In this document: positions 1 through 12,184 of the stretch, one piece after another
Position numbering within the stretch: the stretch's first letter is position 1
Layout: every line of letters begins with the position of its first letter
Assembly (NCBI RefSeq): GCF_009914755.1
Contig: NC_060927.1
Origin: the human T2T-CHM13v2.0 reference genome, Homo sapiens
Strand: one strand, 5' to 3'
DNA length: 64,000 nucleotides
Notes under the pieces: generated by a model
Database searches by the model: none
Told to the model about the DNA's origin: nothing
The model's input: the letters and a program-made list of their open reading frames with translations, nothing else
Translations under genes and position numbers: made by a program

Positions 1-870
1 CAAGTAGGCCAGGGGAACATTACAGAGGTAAGTCACAAATCAAGTAAATTCCATGTCATTTGGGTTATGTTTGTACGTAAATTTTGTACCTTTAAAAATG
101 TTTAGTTAACATCTAAGAAGGAAAAATATTCATCTGTTGAACTCCAGTTTTGGTAAAAGTTAAGCTTAGAAAAAATTGATACATTTAAGCAAATGGGTGG
201 GGCAAGCAGGTGGTGAGGCTTTGAGTATACGGCACATCATACTTGTAAGATACGGGATGAAACTGAGGTGACTGTGGCTGATTATAAATGCAAAGTACCT
301 TGTAACAAGGAGTCATTCCATAAAAATCCTCTTGTGTATTTTATGCTGAACAAACAAAATAAATATGCTTAAAACCAGTTTAGGATAGCCTTTTATAGCA
401 TTTTATATTAAACCTTGAATAAAAATGTAGATGATACATCAACTAGGACCAAGTGAGATGGTAGTGATCAAGTGTTCTACAAAACTAAAAAGTAAACCAA
501 AGAGACAAAGGAAACAAATACTGAATCAGTTATTCTCATTTGATTGCTTTACTACTCTGAAAAGCCTTTTCTGACAACCCAGAGCTCCCTCACAAATTTG
601 CTTCCTTTCCTCCTAATAAATGGTGAAACTAAACCCATAGAAATAAAAGTGATTTTAATAAATGTGATACAGCTTGCTAACTAGCTGAATTAAGATGATT
701 AATAATTCATATTCTTTGCACCGATGTCTCTAATTCACTGAAAAAAGGAAGACTGACATCCTTCAGTGAAATTTGTTAAAAGACTCTTTTAAGGTTATCT
801 TTCTTATGTAAGACAGAAAAGGCTTGAATTTCAATTTACTCTTGTGCCACTTAGCTTTAACTAGGCCAGG

Positions 871-1779
871 TGCTATGGTTAGAATGTGTGAGCTAAGTTC
901 ATGTGTTGGAAACTTAATTTCCAATGCAACAGTGTTGGGAAGTGGAGCCTAATAAAATATGATTAGTTTATAAGCACTCTACCTTCATGAATAGATTAAT
1001 GTCGTTATCTTGGGAGTGGGTTTGTTATTGCCAGAGTAGGCTTGTAAGGAAATCAAGTTCCACTCTCTCTTGCTGTCTTGCCCTTCCACTTTCCACCATG
1101 GGATGATGCAGTAAGAAGACCCTCACAAGATGCTGGTGCCTCCATACAGTCATGCACCACAACAACAGATCACATATATGATGGTGGTCCCATAAGATTA
1201 TTTTTACTGTACCCTTTCTATGTTTAGATACATAAATACTTGACATTGTATTATACTTGCATACAGTATTCATTACAGTAGTACATGCTATACAGGTTTC
1301 TAGCCTAGGAGCAACACCTTATTCCACACAGTCTAGGTCTAGTAGGCTATCTGCCACCTCACTGGTCATTCCTTTTCTTGAATGAGCCAAGTTCCCTCCA
1401 GCCCAGGACTTCTACCTGTGAGGTTCCCTCTGTCTATAATGCCCTCCACCAACCCACTCACCCACACGTCTATAGACTAGTTGATTTGAGACTTCCCTCA
1501 GCTCTCAATCTGACTCTCCTCAACACCCCCAACCCCACCACCCCAGCCTAAATAGTAGGCTGGCTATAGTATCCAGGATTGTGTAAGTAAATTCTATGAC
1601 GTTCTCACAACCACAAAATTGCCTCATGATGCATTTCTCAGAATGTATTCCTGTATTTAAGCAACACATGATTATGTTGGACTTCCTAGCCTCCAGAACT
1701 GTAGGAAATAAATTTCTGTCCTTTATAAATTACCAAGTCTCAGGTATTCTTTTACAGCAGCAGACAACATATGGAGACA
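871..1779 (+). mobile_element. MST-family MaLR solo LTR, split by a Tigger3a insertion
   Basis: Starts TGCTATGGTTAGAATGTG; resumes at ~1675 with TTGGACTTCCTAGCCTCCAGAACTGTAGGAAATAAATTTCTG and ends ..GAGACA. Confidence 0.75.
1147..1674 (+). mobile_element. Tigger3a/MER7A-like non-autonomous Tc1/mariner element carrying a ~200-bp internal insert
   Basis: TA|CAGTCATGC start, GATGGTGGTCCCATAAGATTAT, TAGCCTAGGAGCAA, end GCATTTCTCAGAATGTATTCC..CATGATTA. Confidence 0.8.
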
Positions 1780-2850
1780 TCATTTTTTTCTAATCACTTC
1801 TTAAAAGAACATATGGAAAATTGAAGAGTGCAACTATTAAGTTGTGATTAAAAAGTGTTTTGGTTTTTTAATTTAGCACTATTCAGGGCAGTGCAATACA
1901 GTGTGTATATACACAGATACACATATATACACATAGAAATTCTTCCTATATAAATATTCACTAAATATAAAGCTTGTGTGGTTTTTAAGGAATTAATTGA
2001 AGGCATAGAGCATGCAAGGCACTATACCAGGCACTAGAGCACAATACCTAGACACTAGGGGAGACAGACAATTAAGAATTAAATATATTATTAAAAATAC
2101 TCTAACTGCTATAAATAAAATTAATGTTGCTATAAGAAAGGGTTATGGGGCACTAACTTAGATGGTGGTAGGGGGTTTAAGAAAAGTCGGACTAGGAGAT
2201 GAAGGAAGTCTCAAATCAACTAATCTATGGAGGTATGGTGGGTGGGGTGTTGGAGGGCATCATAGATAGAGGGAACTTCATAGGTAGAATTCCTGAGCTG
2301 GAGGAACGTCCCTCATTCAAGTAAAGGAAGACGAGTGAGGTTACAGAGCAAAAGAGGGAGACTGTCTTAGAGATGAAGATGGAGAAGTACATAAGGGTCT
2401 GCTCACACACATTTGATGTCTCTCCACCTGTATGTACTCTAAGCTCCTTTACAGATCTAAAGGCAGTTTGATCTATAAACCAGCTATTTTACATGCCACT
2501 TTTCTATCCAATTGCATAAATCCACTCTTTCCCTTTATATGTCTTTTTCATTTCCCCGCATTTTCTCATTGTTCAAAGCCCTACTATTGTTGTAAACAGG
2601 GTGGCATTAAGACAAAGGTTTGCTCTTAGAAAAAGTTCAAGAAGGGAGCCCCCAAACTGCCTGACACGTTTAAGTGTCACTTGTAGTAACCATGTATCTC
2701 AATGTGATAAGCCAGAAAAAACAACGACTGCCTGTTCCTGGAACTGGGAAGTGGCCATGCCAAGACTTCCAGGAATAACAGTGCATGAATGAAACCACCT
2801 GGGAACCAGAGAATCAGCTTGGAGAAGCAGGAACTTTGTCAAATATTTAA

Positions 2851-3080
2851 AATAATAAGAGCTAACTTTCACTGAGTACTTTCTGTAGCGCCAGGCACTG
2901 CTCTAAGAATTTTACATTAATACTCTGTAGCTCATTTAATAGTTACACAATTTCAGAGATGAGGCAATGGAAAGAACATATATAAGAAGAAAGTGGCTGA
3001 CAGTCCACAGACGTGAAGCAGTAGAGGCCGAATTTAAAGTCGGGGAGCCTGACTGGAGCTAATGGTCTTAGGAACCGTGC
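2851..3080 (-). mobile_element. MIR SINE
   Basis: ACTGAGTACTTTCTGTAGCGCCAGGCACTGCTCTAAG..CAGAGATGAGGCAA resembles the MIR core. Confidence 0.6.
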
Positions 3081-3744
3081 TAGATACCGCCACTATCTTT
3101 CCTAAGCTGGTATTGTAGAGGGCCTAGCATAGATGTGGGCTCCGGCGGACTTCATTGAATACTTACTGATAAATGACAGCTTGCAGGCTGTATTAACCAT
3201 TCCTTCTAATAGCCCCACTACGCTGGCACATGCTCCTGAGCCCAGACTCTACCCAGGATTCAGGGCCGCTCTCTACCTGTAAAGCAGTGTAGCTAAGGGG
3301 AAGCTGAGCCCCGCAAGGCGTTTTCAGGCAGGGCACCCCTTGTCATTCGAATGGTTCTGGGGTGAGCCCGGGTGCCGCTGGGCCGCCTGGGGCCCCTTGC
3401 CGTGTACCTGCTCCACTTCCAGGGTCCCTTTCAGAGGCCTCTTGCATTTCTGGCCCCAACCTTCACCCCACATCCTCCACCCCCAGAGCAGCAAACACAA
3501 CCTGCGGGCCCTCGCGCCGGTTCCCCACAAGTTGCCCTCCACACCTGACCCCGGCCCTGGCCCCAGCGCAGGCTCCGCGCAGTTCCCGCGCCCAAGTCCC
3601 CAGGAGGCGGCAGAGAAAGCCGCCCGCGCACCTCTGGCTGCCGCTGTTTCCGCTCCCGAGCGAGACAAGGTCCAGAGAGCCGGGGCCAGGCGATGGCTTC
3701 CTCTTCTGCGCCTCTAGACTGCCGGGCACAGCTGCTGCGCAACC

Positions 3745-3753
3745 TTCTCAGAA
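3745..3753. promoter_or_regulatory. GAS-like STAT site TTCTCAGAA
   Basis: Exact TTC-N3-GAA inside exon 1. Confidence 0.45.
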
Positions 3754-3806
3754 GTCAGCCGGAAAAGGGTCTGGGAGTAACCTTTGCGCCAACACCCGCG
3801 GCTCCT

Positions 3807-3818
3807 GGTTTCGTTTCC
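3807..3818 (-). promoter_or_regulatory. ISRE (GGAAACGAAACC)
   Basis: GGTTTCGTTTCC on plus strand, the same core as the classic OAS-type ISRE. Confidence 0.7.
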
Positions 3819-3838
3819 TGAATCTTACGTACACAACA

Positions 3839-3853
3839 CGGTTTCCTTTTCCC
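3839..3853 (-). promoter_or_regulatory. ISRE (GGGAAAAGGAAACCG)
   Basis: ISRE-like tandem GAAA motif; PLSCR1 is an established interferon-stimulated gene with an exon-1 ISRE. Confidence 0.75.
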
Positions 3854-4329
3854 GGTTCCCGCGCTGGCGCTCGGGGACCCACGAGACTACTGGAGGGTGA
3901 AGGAGCTGGAGGAGGGACTGCGCCCACCCCCTGGTGTGAGGCCCCTCCCCTACCCCCGACTTGCTTTCTTGCTCATTGGAGAGACTCCAGAGACGTTTGT
4001 CCGGTGGTTAAGGAGAGGAACTGGGACTCCGACACTAACTGGAACTGGAAAGTCATCAGCTGGGGAGTGGCCTCCCCCGGGAACTTTCTTTACTCTGGCT
4101 TTGACCTCCATCCCTCGGAAGCCCGTGGCTTTTCAAGGCGAGGGAGTAGAGGCAGCTTGAGACTACAAATGAGGAGGGGCCAAAATTGTTTTTCTTTATG
4201 GTGCCTTTTCTTTCTTGCTGTCTTGCTCTTTCTTTCCTTCTATTAAATTATGTGATATTACTTTTTAATTTTTAAGCAGTTATTTGAATGTTTTCGAGCT
4301 CACTTTATTTTTTTATAAATATTGTTCCT

Positions 4330-7300
4330 TTTTAAACTAAAATAGTTTTTATTCTGTGTATTTAAGTTATTTGTATGACATATCCATCAACTCCTATAAT
4401 TACACATTTCCCCCCTTGGGGCAAGAGCAGCTATAATCTACTTATTTAGCATAAATCCTGAATACCACTATCATTAACTATAGCCCTCATGTTGTACATT
4501 AGGTCTTCCCATTTGTTCATCCTACGTGTTTGTAACTTTGTATACTTTTACCTAAATTTCCCCATTTCTCCTGACCCCACTCCAACCTGGATGACCCTGG
4601 ATAAACCAGTGGTCCCCAGCCTTTTTGGCACCAGGGACCAGTTTCACGGAAGAGGATTTTTCCATGGACCAGGGCCGGGTGGCAGACGGTTTCAGGATGA
4701 TTCAAGCACATTACGTGTATTGCGCACTTTATTTCTATTATTATTACATTGTAATATATAATAAAATAATTATACAACTCACCATAATGTGGAATCAGTG
4801 GGAGCCCTGACCTTGTTTTCCTGCAATTAGAAGGTCCCATCTGGGAACGGTGGGAGACAGTGACACCAGAAGTGTGTTGCTTATGTCCAGTCTACTCCGT
4901 AATCTTGTTTTGGTTGCTGTCACTGCAGAAAATCCTGCTTCACAAAGATAGCCTGTTGGAAATGGAAGCAGACTCTTCAGTGCTTTTGTGGCAATCTCAG
5001 GATATCCCACCTTGAGTTTAATCCAGAACATGGGATTTGAAGCTGTCTCAAACATACTTTTAAGGCCACCATCATTTGTGATCTCAAGCAATTGATCCTC
5101 TTCTAGTACGGACAAAATCGATTCACCTGACTTACTCACAAATGGGTCATGGATACATTCATTCCCAGTTCAGGGTTCTTTTGTGGTTGGGTAGTAATGC
5201 TCGAACTCTTTTGAAAGCTAAGATAGGTGATCATGCATCAGCTGAGAGAAAGAAGCTGCTGGCTCAGTCTTCTTCAAAATCTCTGCTAATGTTTGAAACA
5301 TGTCAAAAATCTCAATGTTCATTCGTTGCCCCCATAATTCCAGTTTGGCTTTCAATGCAACCAATTTATCTGCTTCCTTGAACACAGTTGTCCTTCTCTC
5401 CTGAAGCGACAAGTTGAGTTCATAGATCGAGTTGAATACATCACACAAGTAAGCAAGTTTTGCAACCCTTTCTGTGTCACTGAAATGTGCCGCCAATGGT
5501 GACTGATTTTCTAAAATAAATCTCTGGAGCAGCTCTCATAATTTAAAAATTTCAGCCAGTGATCTACTTTTAGAAAGCCATCTCATTTCTGTGTATAAGA
5601 GAAGACATGCATGCCCAGTGTCCATCTCCTCACAGAGCTGCACAAACAGATGTGAGTTAAGAGAATGTACTTTAATGTGGTTGATTATTTTTGTCACATC
5701 CTGCAAAACATTGTTAAGTTCAGGTAACATTTTTCAGCTAGCCAGCATTTTTCTGTGGATGACACAGTGCATAGACTCACATTCTGGTCTCTTTGACCAG
5801 AGTAGTGAAACCAGAAAGCCATCCAGTCATGGCAGCCACTCCTTCCATGCATATACCTACACAAAATAACCAATTCAGTTTTCTTGATATGTAATCATTC
5901 AAAGACAAATAGTTCTTCAGCTGTGGTTTTGATTGGCAACAAAAATTCACATAATATATCCTTGTGCACATCTTCCTGAAAAATATATCACACACAAAAA
6001 AGCATTGTTGCTTTGTTGTCAATATCAGTAGACTCATCAACCTGGATTGCATACCAATTGCTAGAGAGGATTAATGGTGACTCATTAATCCTCTCTAACA
6101 ATTGTACCTCGATATTCTCTGCTATTTCATCAATTCATCTAGTTATGGTGCTAGCCGGAAGAGGAATATGTGCTATTTTTTGAACTGCAGCCTCTCCTAA
6201 AAGTTCCCAACAAATGTCCTTAGCAGCAGGCAGGATCAATTCTTCACCAATAGTAAAGGGCTTCTTAGCTTTAGCAATGCAGTTAGCCACTATGAATGAT
6301 GCTCTCAGTGCAGACACATTTGATGACATGGTGGCCTTCAATAATTGCTTCTATGTGTTCTTTGTGTTCATGGTTTCATGGTTTCTGTTTTTTTTTTAAA
6401 CAAAACAAAACAAAAAACTCCAAAGGCTTGTCTTTTAATGCAGAGTGCTTGGTCTCCATGTGGCAAAGTAGTTTTGCAGGTTTCATGGCTTCATTGGGCA
6501 GTTGGTCACCACATATTATACAAAGCAGGATTGGAGAATGTGAACCACCTGTTGCAGTGAACCTGTAATTTAAGTAGGACTCTTGGCATTTTCCTTTAAG
6601 TGCAGCTTTCTTTTTGTTAGCAGTCTTAGAGTCTTCTGTTATCTCACCTTTGGGTTTTTCCCCATTTTCAAAGAAGCTGTCCAGTGATATTTGTTTTTCA
6701 CTCACTTTGATGTTTTTAACAAAAACTTTTTTTTAACTAAAACGCTTGTTTTTCACAAGGGTTAGCTTGTGGGCTTAGCAAAACTGTGACTAAGACAAGT
6801 GCACAGTGTGGAAAAGAGGTGCAGATGGAAGTGGTAAAATAATGGGTGGGCCATGCACAGACTAAAATAAGTGTTGGATTCTGACTTAAAGCCTGCCACC
6901 AGATGCAACTGTACAATCGAAGTACATCAATTTTCCACTATAAAGCCTGCCTCCAGACACAGCTTAATTGTCACTTGTCATTTGCCCCTCACTGATAGGG
7001 TTTTGATATGAGTCTGCAATCAATGTATTTATTATGGTCTCTGTGCAGTCAAAACTCTCTGCTAATGTTAATCTGTATTTGCCGCTGCTGCCCGATGCTA
7101 GCATCACTGCCTGAGCTCCACCTCAGATAATCAGGCATTAGATTCTCCTAAGAAATATGCACCTAGATCCCTCACATGTGCAGGTCCGTGGCCTGGGGCT
7201 TGGGGACCCCTGCTATAAACCACTATTGTATATATTTGACCTTTTCTTAATTTCATATAAGTGAGATTGTGCAAAATTTTTCTTTCTGTGTCTGGCTTAT

Positions 7301-8071
7301 TTCATTTAGCATAATGCCTTCCAGGTCCATCCATGTGATAGCACCTGGCAGAATTTCCTTCTTTTATAAGGCTGAGTAATATTCTATTTTGTGTGTATCT
7401 GTGTGTGTGTATACACACAACATGGAATATATGTATCTTTATTTATACAGTTGTCTATTGATGGACACCTAGATTATTTCTATTATCTTGGCTATTCTGA
7501 ATAATGCTGCAATGAACATGGGAGTGCGGCTATCTTCAGGAGACGGTGATTTCATTTGCTTTTGGTATATACCCAGAAGAGGGATTTCTGGGTCATATGG
7601 TAGTTCTACTTTTAATTTCTGTAGGAACCTCCGTACTGTTTTCCATAACGGCTGCACCAGCCTACATTCCCACCTACAGTGTACAAGGATTCTCTTTTCT
7701 CTACACCCTTGCCGACACTTGTTATCTCTTGTCTTTTTGATAATACCAATCCTAACAGGTATGACGTAGTATCTCATAGTGATTTTGATTTGCATTTTTC
7801 TGATGAATAGTGATGCTGGGCACATTTTCATATACCTGTTGGCTATTTTTATGTCATTTTTGAAGAAGTGTCTATTCAAGTCCATTTCCCATTTTTAAAT
7901 TGGGTTATATGTTTTCTTGCTATTGAGTTGTATAAGTTCTTTATAAATCTTGGAAACTCAACCCTTTTCTGAGAACATGATTTGCAGATATATATTTTTC
8001 CAATCTATAGGTTGCCATTTCATTTCGTTGATTGTTTCCTTTGCCATGCAGAAGTTTTTGGTTTGATGTAG
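4330..8071 (-). mobile_element. Old L1 (L1MA/MB-type) ORF2 end plus 3'UTR, interrupted by Charlie3
   Basis: ORF 7469-7885 (-) gives L1 ORF2 C-terminus (WECRLVQPLWKTV..PYDPEIPLLGIY); 3'UTR-like sequence continues on both sides of 4607-7212. Confidence 0.8.
4607..7212 (-). mobile_element. Near-full-length Charlie3 (MER1-group) hAT DNA transposon with a decayed Buster-type transposase
   Basis: TIRs CAGTGGTCCCCA..TGGGGACCCCTG; 8-bp TSD GGATAAAC/CTATAAAC; minus-strand ORF pieces: BED-like finger (CIICGDQL..HMETKH) 6376-6705, core 5218-6341, hAT dimerisation motif (FW..YPEIATKALKSLLPFPTGYLCEAGFS) 4795-5139. Confidence 0.88.
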
Positions 8072-8626
8072 AAATAATATTGTTAAAATGTTCATACTAC
8101 CCAAAGTAATATATAGATTCAATGCAAATTTGTATGAAACCACAAAAGACCTCAAATAGCCAAAGCAATTCTGAGAAAAAAATTGAAGTTGGAGAAATAA
8201 CACTTCCTAATTAAAAATTATATTACAAATTTATATAAAACAGAATGGCACTGACATAAAAACAGATATGTAGACCAATGGAACAAAATAGCTCAGAAAT
8301 AAATCCAAACATACACGGTCAACTAATTTTTCACATGGGCCCCAAGAGAACACAATGAGGAAAGGATGGTCTCTTGAATAAATGGTGCTGGGAAGACTGG
8401 ATTTTCACATACAAAAGAATGAAATTGAACTGTTGTCTTACACCACACAAACAAATCAAAAACAAAATGGATAAAAGACCTACATGTAAGACCTCAAACC
8501 GTTAAACTCCTGGAAGAAAATATAAGAGAAAAGCTCCTTGACATTTACCTTGCCAAAGATTTCTTGACTATCACACCAAAAGCTCAGGCTACAAGAACAA
8601 AAATAAATAAATGGGACTATACCAAA
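8072..8626 (+). mobile_element. Inverted 5' segment of the same L1 (ORF2)
   Basis: AATATTGTTAAAATGTTCATACTACCCAAAG (NIVKM.ILPK) to AAATAAATGGGACTATACCAAA (NKWDY.K). Confidence 0.8.
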
Positions 8627-8999
8627 TGATATTTTAAATATGTTTTGAAATCAAACCAACCAGATTTGTTTAGAATGTTTATTTTTCCAGCCCTGCAGCT
8701 GGCATAGAGACATGTAATAAATAAATATTTATTGAACTGAAGGAATAATTATTTTCCTTTAAAATTTGTTATTTACAAAAGTAATGTGATTTTTTTCCAA
8801 ACAATAAAGCTGCAAATGCAGAAAAGAAGTGAAATCTTGTCCTTTTCACTCCCTAGTTTTATTCCCATTATCTTGCTAACCAAGGTTAACACATGTTTGA
8901 AGATTTACTAAGAGAAGTGAGAGGAGAGAACAGGAAGGTGGAAAAAGAAATTGAGAAAACATGGTGGAAAAAGGAAGAGGGAAAACTGAACCACCTAGG

Positions 9000-9190
9000 T
9001 TTGATCTCTTTCTCTTCAACTTACCATCCCTGTGACCTCGTGAAAGTTACCTGACAGCCTCCGTGCCTCTTTTTGAAATCTATAAATGAGGGTAGTAATA
9101 GTATCTACTTCATAACATTTTTTGAAACTTCAGAAAGTTAAAATACATAAAAGGTTTAGGGTGGTGCCTGCCACAGGGTAAGCATTTGCT
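9000..9190 (+). mobile_element. MIR SINE
   Basis: CTGTGACCTCGTGAAAGTTACCTGAC..CTATAAATGAGGGTAGTAATAGTATCTACTTCATA..GTGCCTGCCACAGGGTAAGC. Confidence 0.6.
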
Positions 9191-9849
9191 TTGGGTTTAC
9201 CTTCCTGACTAATGGACTTCTGCTGCAAAAGGGCAGGAGACAGTAGAAATCCAGTAGCTTTCATTTTCTATATTTTTCAACCTCTCCTTCCCTGATGAAT
9301 AGTGTATTTTGAATCCCAAAACTTTTCTGCCAATTTTACACAGAAGAAATCTATCCTTTGCTTAGGGTGGTACCACATTCTCTTTGTGGAGGTAGTAAGT
9401 TAGGCTGGGTGAATTGGCTTGTGAATAGACCTTCAAGCATCCTCAATTTACTTGCTAATTTATAACTTTGTCTTTTTATTTGACACCACTAAGTCCTCAG
9501 CCTCTTTGGATTTCTGTGGAGTTAAGGTGGATCTCCTGAATCTTATTTTCCTTTTTACACACTTTAGGTTGTGACTTTCTGAGTCTTGCAAAATCAGTTT
9601 CACTTTTGCCTCTCCCTTCCATTTTCTCAAATTTGTTGAAATCTCACTTGCTACAGTAAATTCTCATCTTTTCATAGTCTGTGTGGTGTTTACAGCTTTT
9701 GGGTTCTTTATTTTGTTTTAATTGTCTTCATTTTCATTTTATTATAGTCTCTGATGAAAGGTACCATCTTTAATTAGAAAACATCCAGATACCATATAAA
9801 TTATTGTTTGCCTAAATAAAACTCAGTATTTGCTTTGACAGAGTAAAAT

Positions 9850-10040
9850 AGTGCTTCCCATATTTTAACATGCATAAGTATCACTTGGAAATCTAATTAG
9901 AACTAAATTTGCAGAGTCCCGCCTTTAGTCTTTCTGATTCAGTAAGTCTGGGATGTGCTTTGAGAATTTGCTTTTCTAACAATTTTCCGTAGGATGCTGA
10001 TGATTCTTTTCAACAGACCACATTTTAAGAAGCATTTGCT
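9850..10040. mobile_element. MER5A hAT element
   Basis: TTCTGATTCAGTAAGTCTGGGATG..GAGAATTTGCTTTTCTAACAA..GACCACATTTTAAGAAGCA. Confidence 0.65.
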
Positions 10041-10231
10041 GAAAGAACTCTATTTTTTTCAGGTATTGTGTAACAGTGCATCATAAGAGGAGGGTCATAG
10101 CACAAAGGATGAATTTTGAGTAATAGACAATCATAGTGATTCTATTCTCCTTTGACTGACTTGTATAATTGAGGGCATATGCAAATGTAAGCAGTAAACC
10201 CTTTCCTAGAAGCCCTCAAGAAGAGGGCTTT

Positions 10232-10232
10232 T

Positions 10233-10284
<52 letters not shown>
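10232..10284. repeat. Compound (TG)n(TA)n microsatellite
   Basis: Seen directly. Confidence 0.95.
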
Positions 10285-10934
10285 GCACGCATACACACAT
10301 AAATACACATGCAAGTGTATAATATGCCTCTTTCTCTCTTATATAAGGCAGTGACATATGGAATTATGACAGTTATCTTCAGATCACAGAATATGGGAGA
10401 ACAAGTCTTAAGGATGGTGGATACAAAATGTTCTACATATCTTTCCAAGGGCACGTGAGGCACTGATGACCTGCTACACTCATGCAGGACTCACATAGCT
10501 TCAGATGACTCATTACGTGAAAGCTGGCTTGTGGTTATAAACTCTATAGATATTTCTCTTTGCTCTTGACCTGATTTCATATTCAAGCAAGCTTCTTTAT
10601 TGCTCTTCTCTTCTGCATGCTGGGGTTTCTTTTTAATTTTATACTATGGTTGTAGTTCTTTATGATAATGGCTTTTTGTTTGAGCTATCGAAGTTTATTT
10701 GTAGTCAAAAATCATTGTACTACTGAGGTTTTATTAGTATTCCTTCTAAAATCTTTATTGCACTTAACTCTCTTTTCTGGCTTAGAATCAATACCTCTGA
10801 GACTCCCACAGCTCCAAGGAAGAATTGATATAACAGAGCTTTATGGGAAACAGCAGAAGAAGGAAATTTTCACTTTGAATCACTAGTCCTGACAACTGGG
10901 TGCCTGAATGTCACCTAAATTACAAAAATCTTCC

Positions 10935-11193
10935 TTTTTTTTTTTTTTTTTTTTGACAGAGTCTTGCTCTGTCGCCTGGCTGGAGTGAAGTAGTGCTATC
11001 TCGGCTCACAACAACCTCCACCTCCTGGGTTCAAGTGATTCTCTTGCCTCAGCCTCCTGAGTAGCTGGGATTACAGGCATGCACCACCATGCCCAGCTAA
11101 TTTTTGTGTTTTTAGTAGCGATAGGGTTTCACCATGTTGGCCAGGATGGACTCCATCTCCTAACCTCGTGGTCCGCCCGTCTCGGCCTCTCAA
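10935..11193 (-). mobile_element. AluS, 5'-truncated
   Basis: Poly-T followed by Alu reverse complement, ending CTCGGCCTCTCAA. Confidence 0.9.
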
Positions 11194-12184
11194 TTTTTTA
11201 TTAATCAACATTGGGCCAATTATATTGGGTAATGCTGGGGACATTACCATCAACTCCAAGACTTTAATAACAAATAAAATTTTAAAATTTGGCTATAAAA
11301 CAATTACATGGAAATGTTCCTTTTTGTAAGTGGAGGACTCTGCTTCACAGCATCATTTAGGAACCCAGGTTAATGGAAGCTCTGGCATCTTTAATATATG
11401 GCTTCCCAGGTAGTTCTGGGCTTTGACATTGAGTCTGCAGTCATGATGGGACAAAAAGGATTGTATATGGGAGATTTTTATGAGCCACACATGAAATTGA
11501 CACATATTTCTTCTGGTTCCATTGTATTGGTCTGAACTCAGTTGGATAGCAGCCACACTTAATGGAGAAGGAGGCTGGAGGATGCTGTCTAGTGTCTGCC
11601 CAGAAATACAAGGAAATGTGTTTGTGATTAATTAAGAAATATTTACACCATCTTCTGAAGATTTTCACTAAAGATTAAGGCCAAAATAAAAGTCCCTCTT
11701 TAACAAACTGTAGCCGGATATATGATCACAAGTATTTATAAAATCTTAAATCCTAGTGCTGTAACAAAAACACTTCCAGAAGTTTGTAATAACAATCATT
11801 TTTAGTAAGCCAGATTTTCAATACCCATGTTTTTTAGTCCCACTGAGAAAGAGAAAATGGACATTTTAGAGTAATAATGCACAGAAATTAGACTGAACCT
11901 ATCAAGATTTTCCAAGCACCATATTGCAAGAGAAAAATATAGAATACATAAGGAGGGTATTAATCCAGAAATAACGTTTCTGTGCTGACTTTGTGAAGGA
12001 CAAGCCTTCTCAACTAAGTTTTGAAAGAAGAGTAGAAGATATTCAAAAGCAAAAGACAGCAACACAAGCAAAGGAAGGCCATGGTGTATTTGAAGAATAC
12101 AAGCAGTTAAGCATAACTATAGTGCAAGATGGAGCAAAGTATGGAATTTACAAAGACTCTGGATCTTGAGGAAGAGACAATTAA

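Larger units (their letters stand above)
3632..3870 (-). other. PLSCR1: PLSCR1 non-coding exon 1 (5'UTR); TSS position approximate
   Basis: Minus strand reads GGGAAAAGGAAACCGTGTTGTGTACGTAAG...GGAAACAGCGGCAGCCAGAG|GTGCGC, matching my recall of the PLSCR1 mRNA 5' end; GT donor at 3631-3630; no ATG in the exon; next to PLSCR5. Confidence 0.85.
3300..4150. promoter_or_regulatory. PLSCR1: CpG island / PLSCR1 promoter with GC boxes
   Basis: Sharp GC and CpG enrichment over an AT-rich background; C-rich Sp/KLF-type boxes at ~3920-3960; overlaps exon 1. Confidence 0.85.

Noticed and set aside
3324-4246. Overlapping long ORFs, including the 294-aa ORF 3362-4246 (+)
   Set aside because: Stop-poor frames are expected in a CpG island; low-complexity P/G/A/R translation, no recognisable domain, and a non-ATG start.
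4795-6705. Intact domesticated Buster/ZBED-like gene
   Set aside because: The transposase is broken into many short ORFs by frameshifts and stops, and still sits between TIRs.
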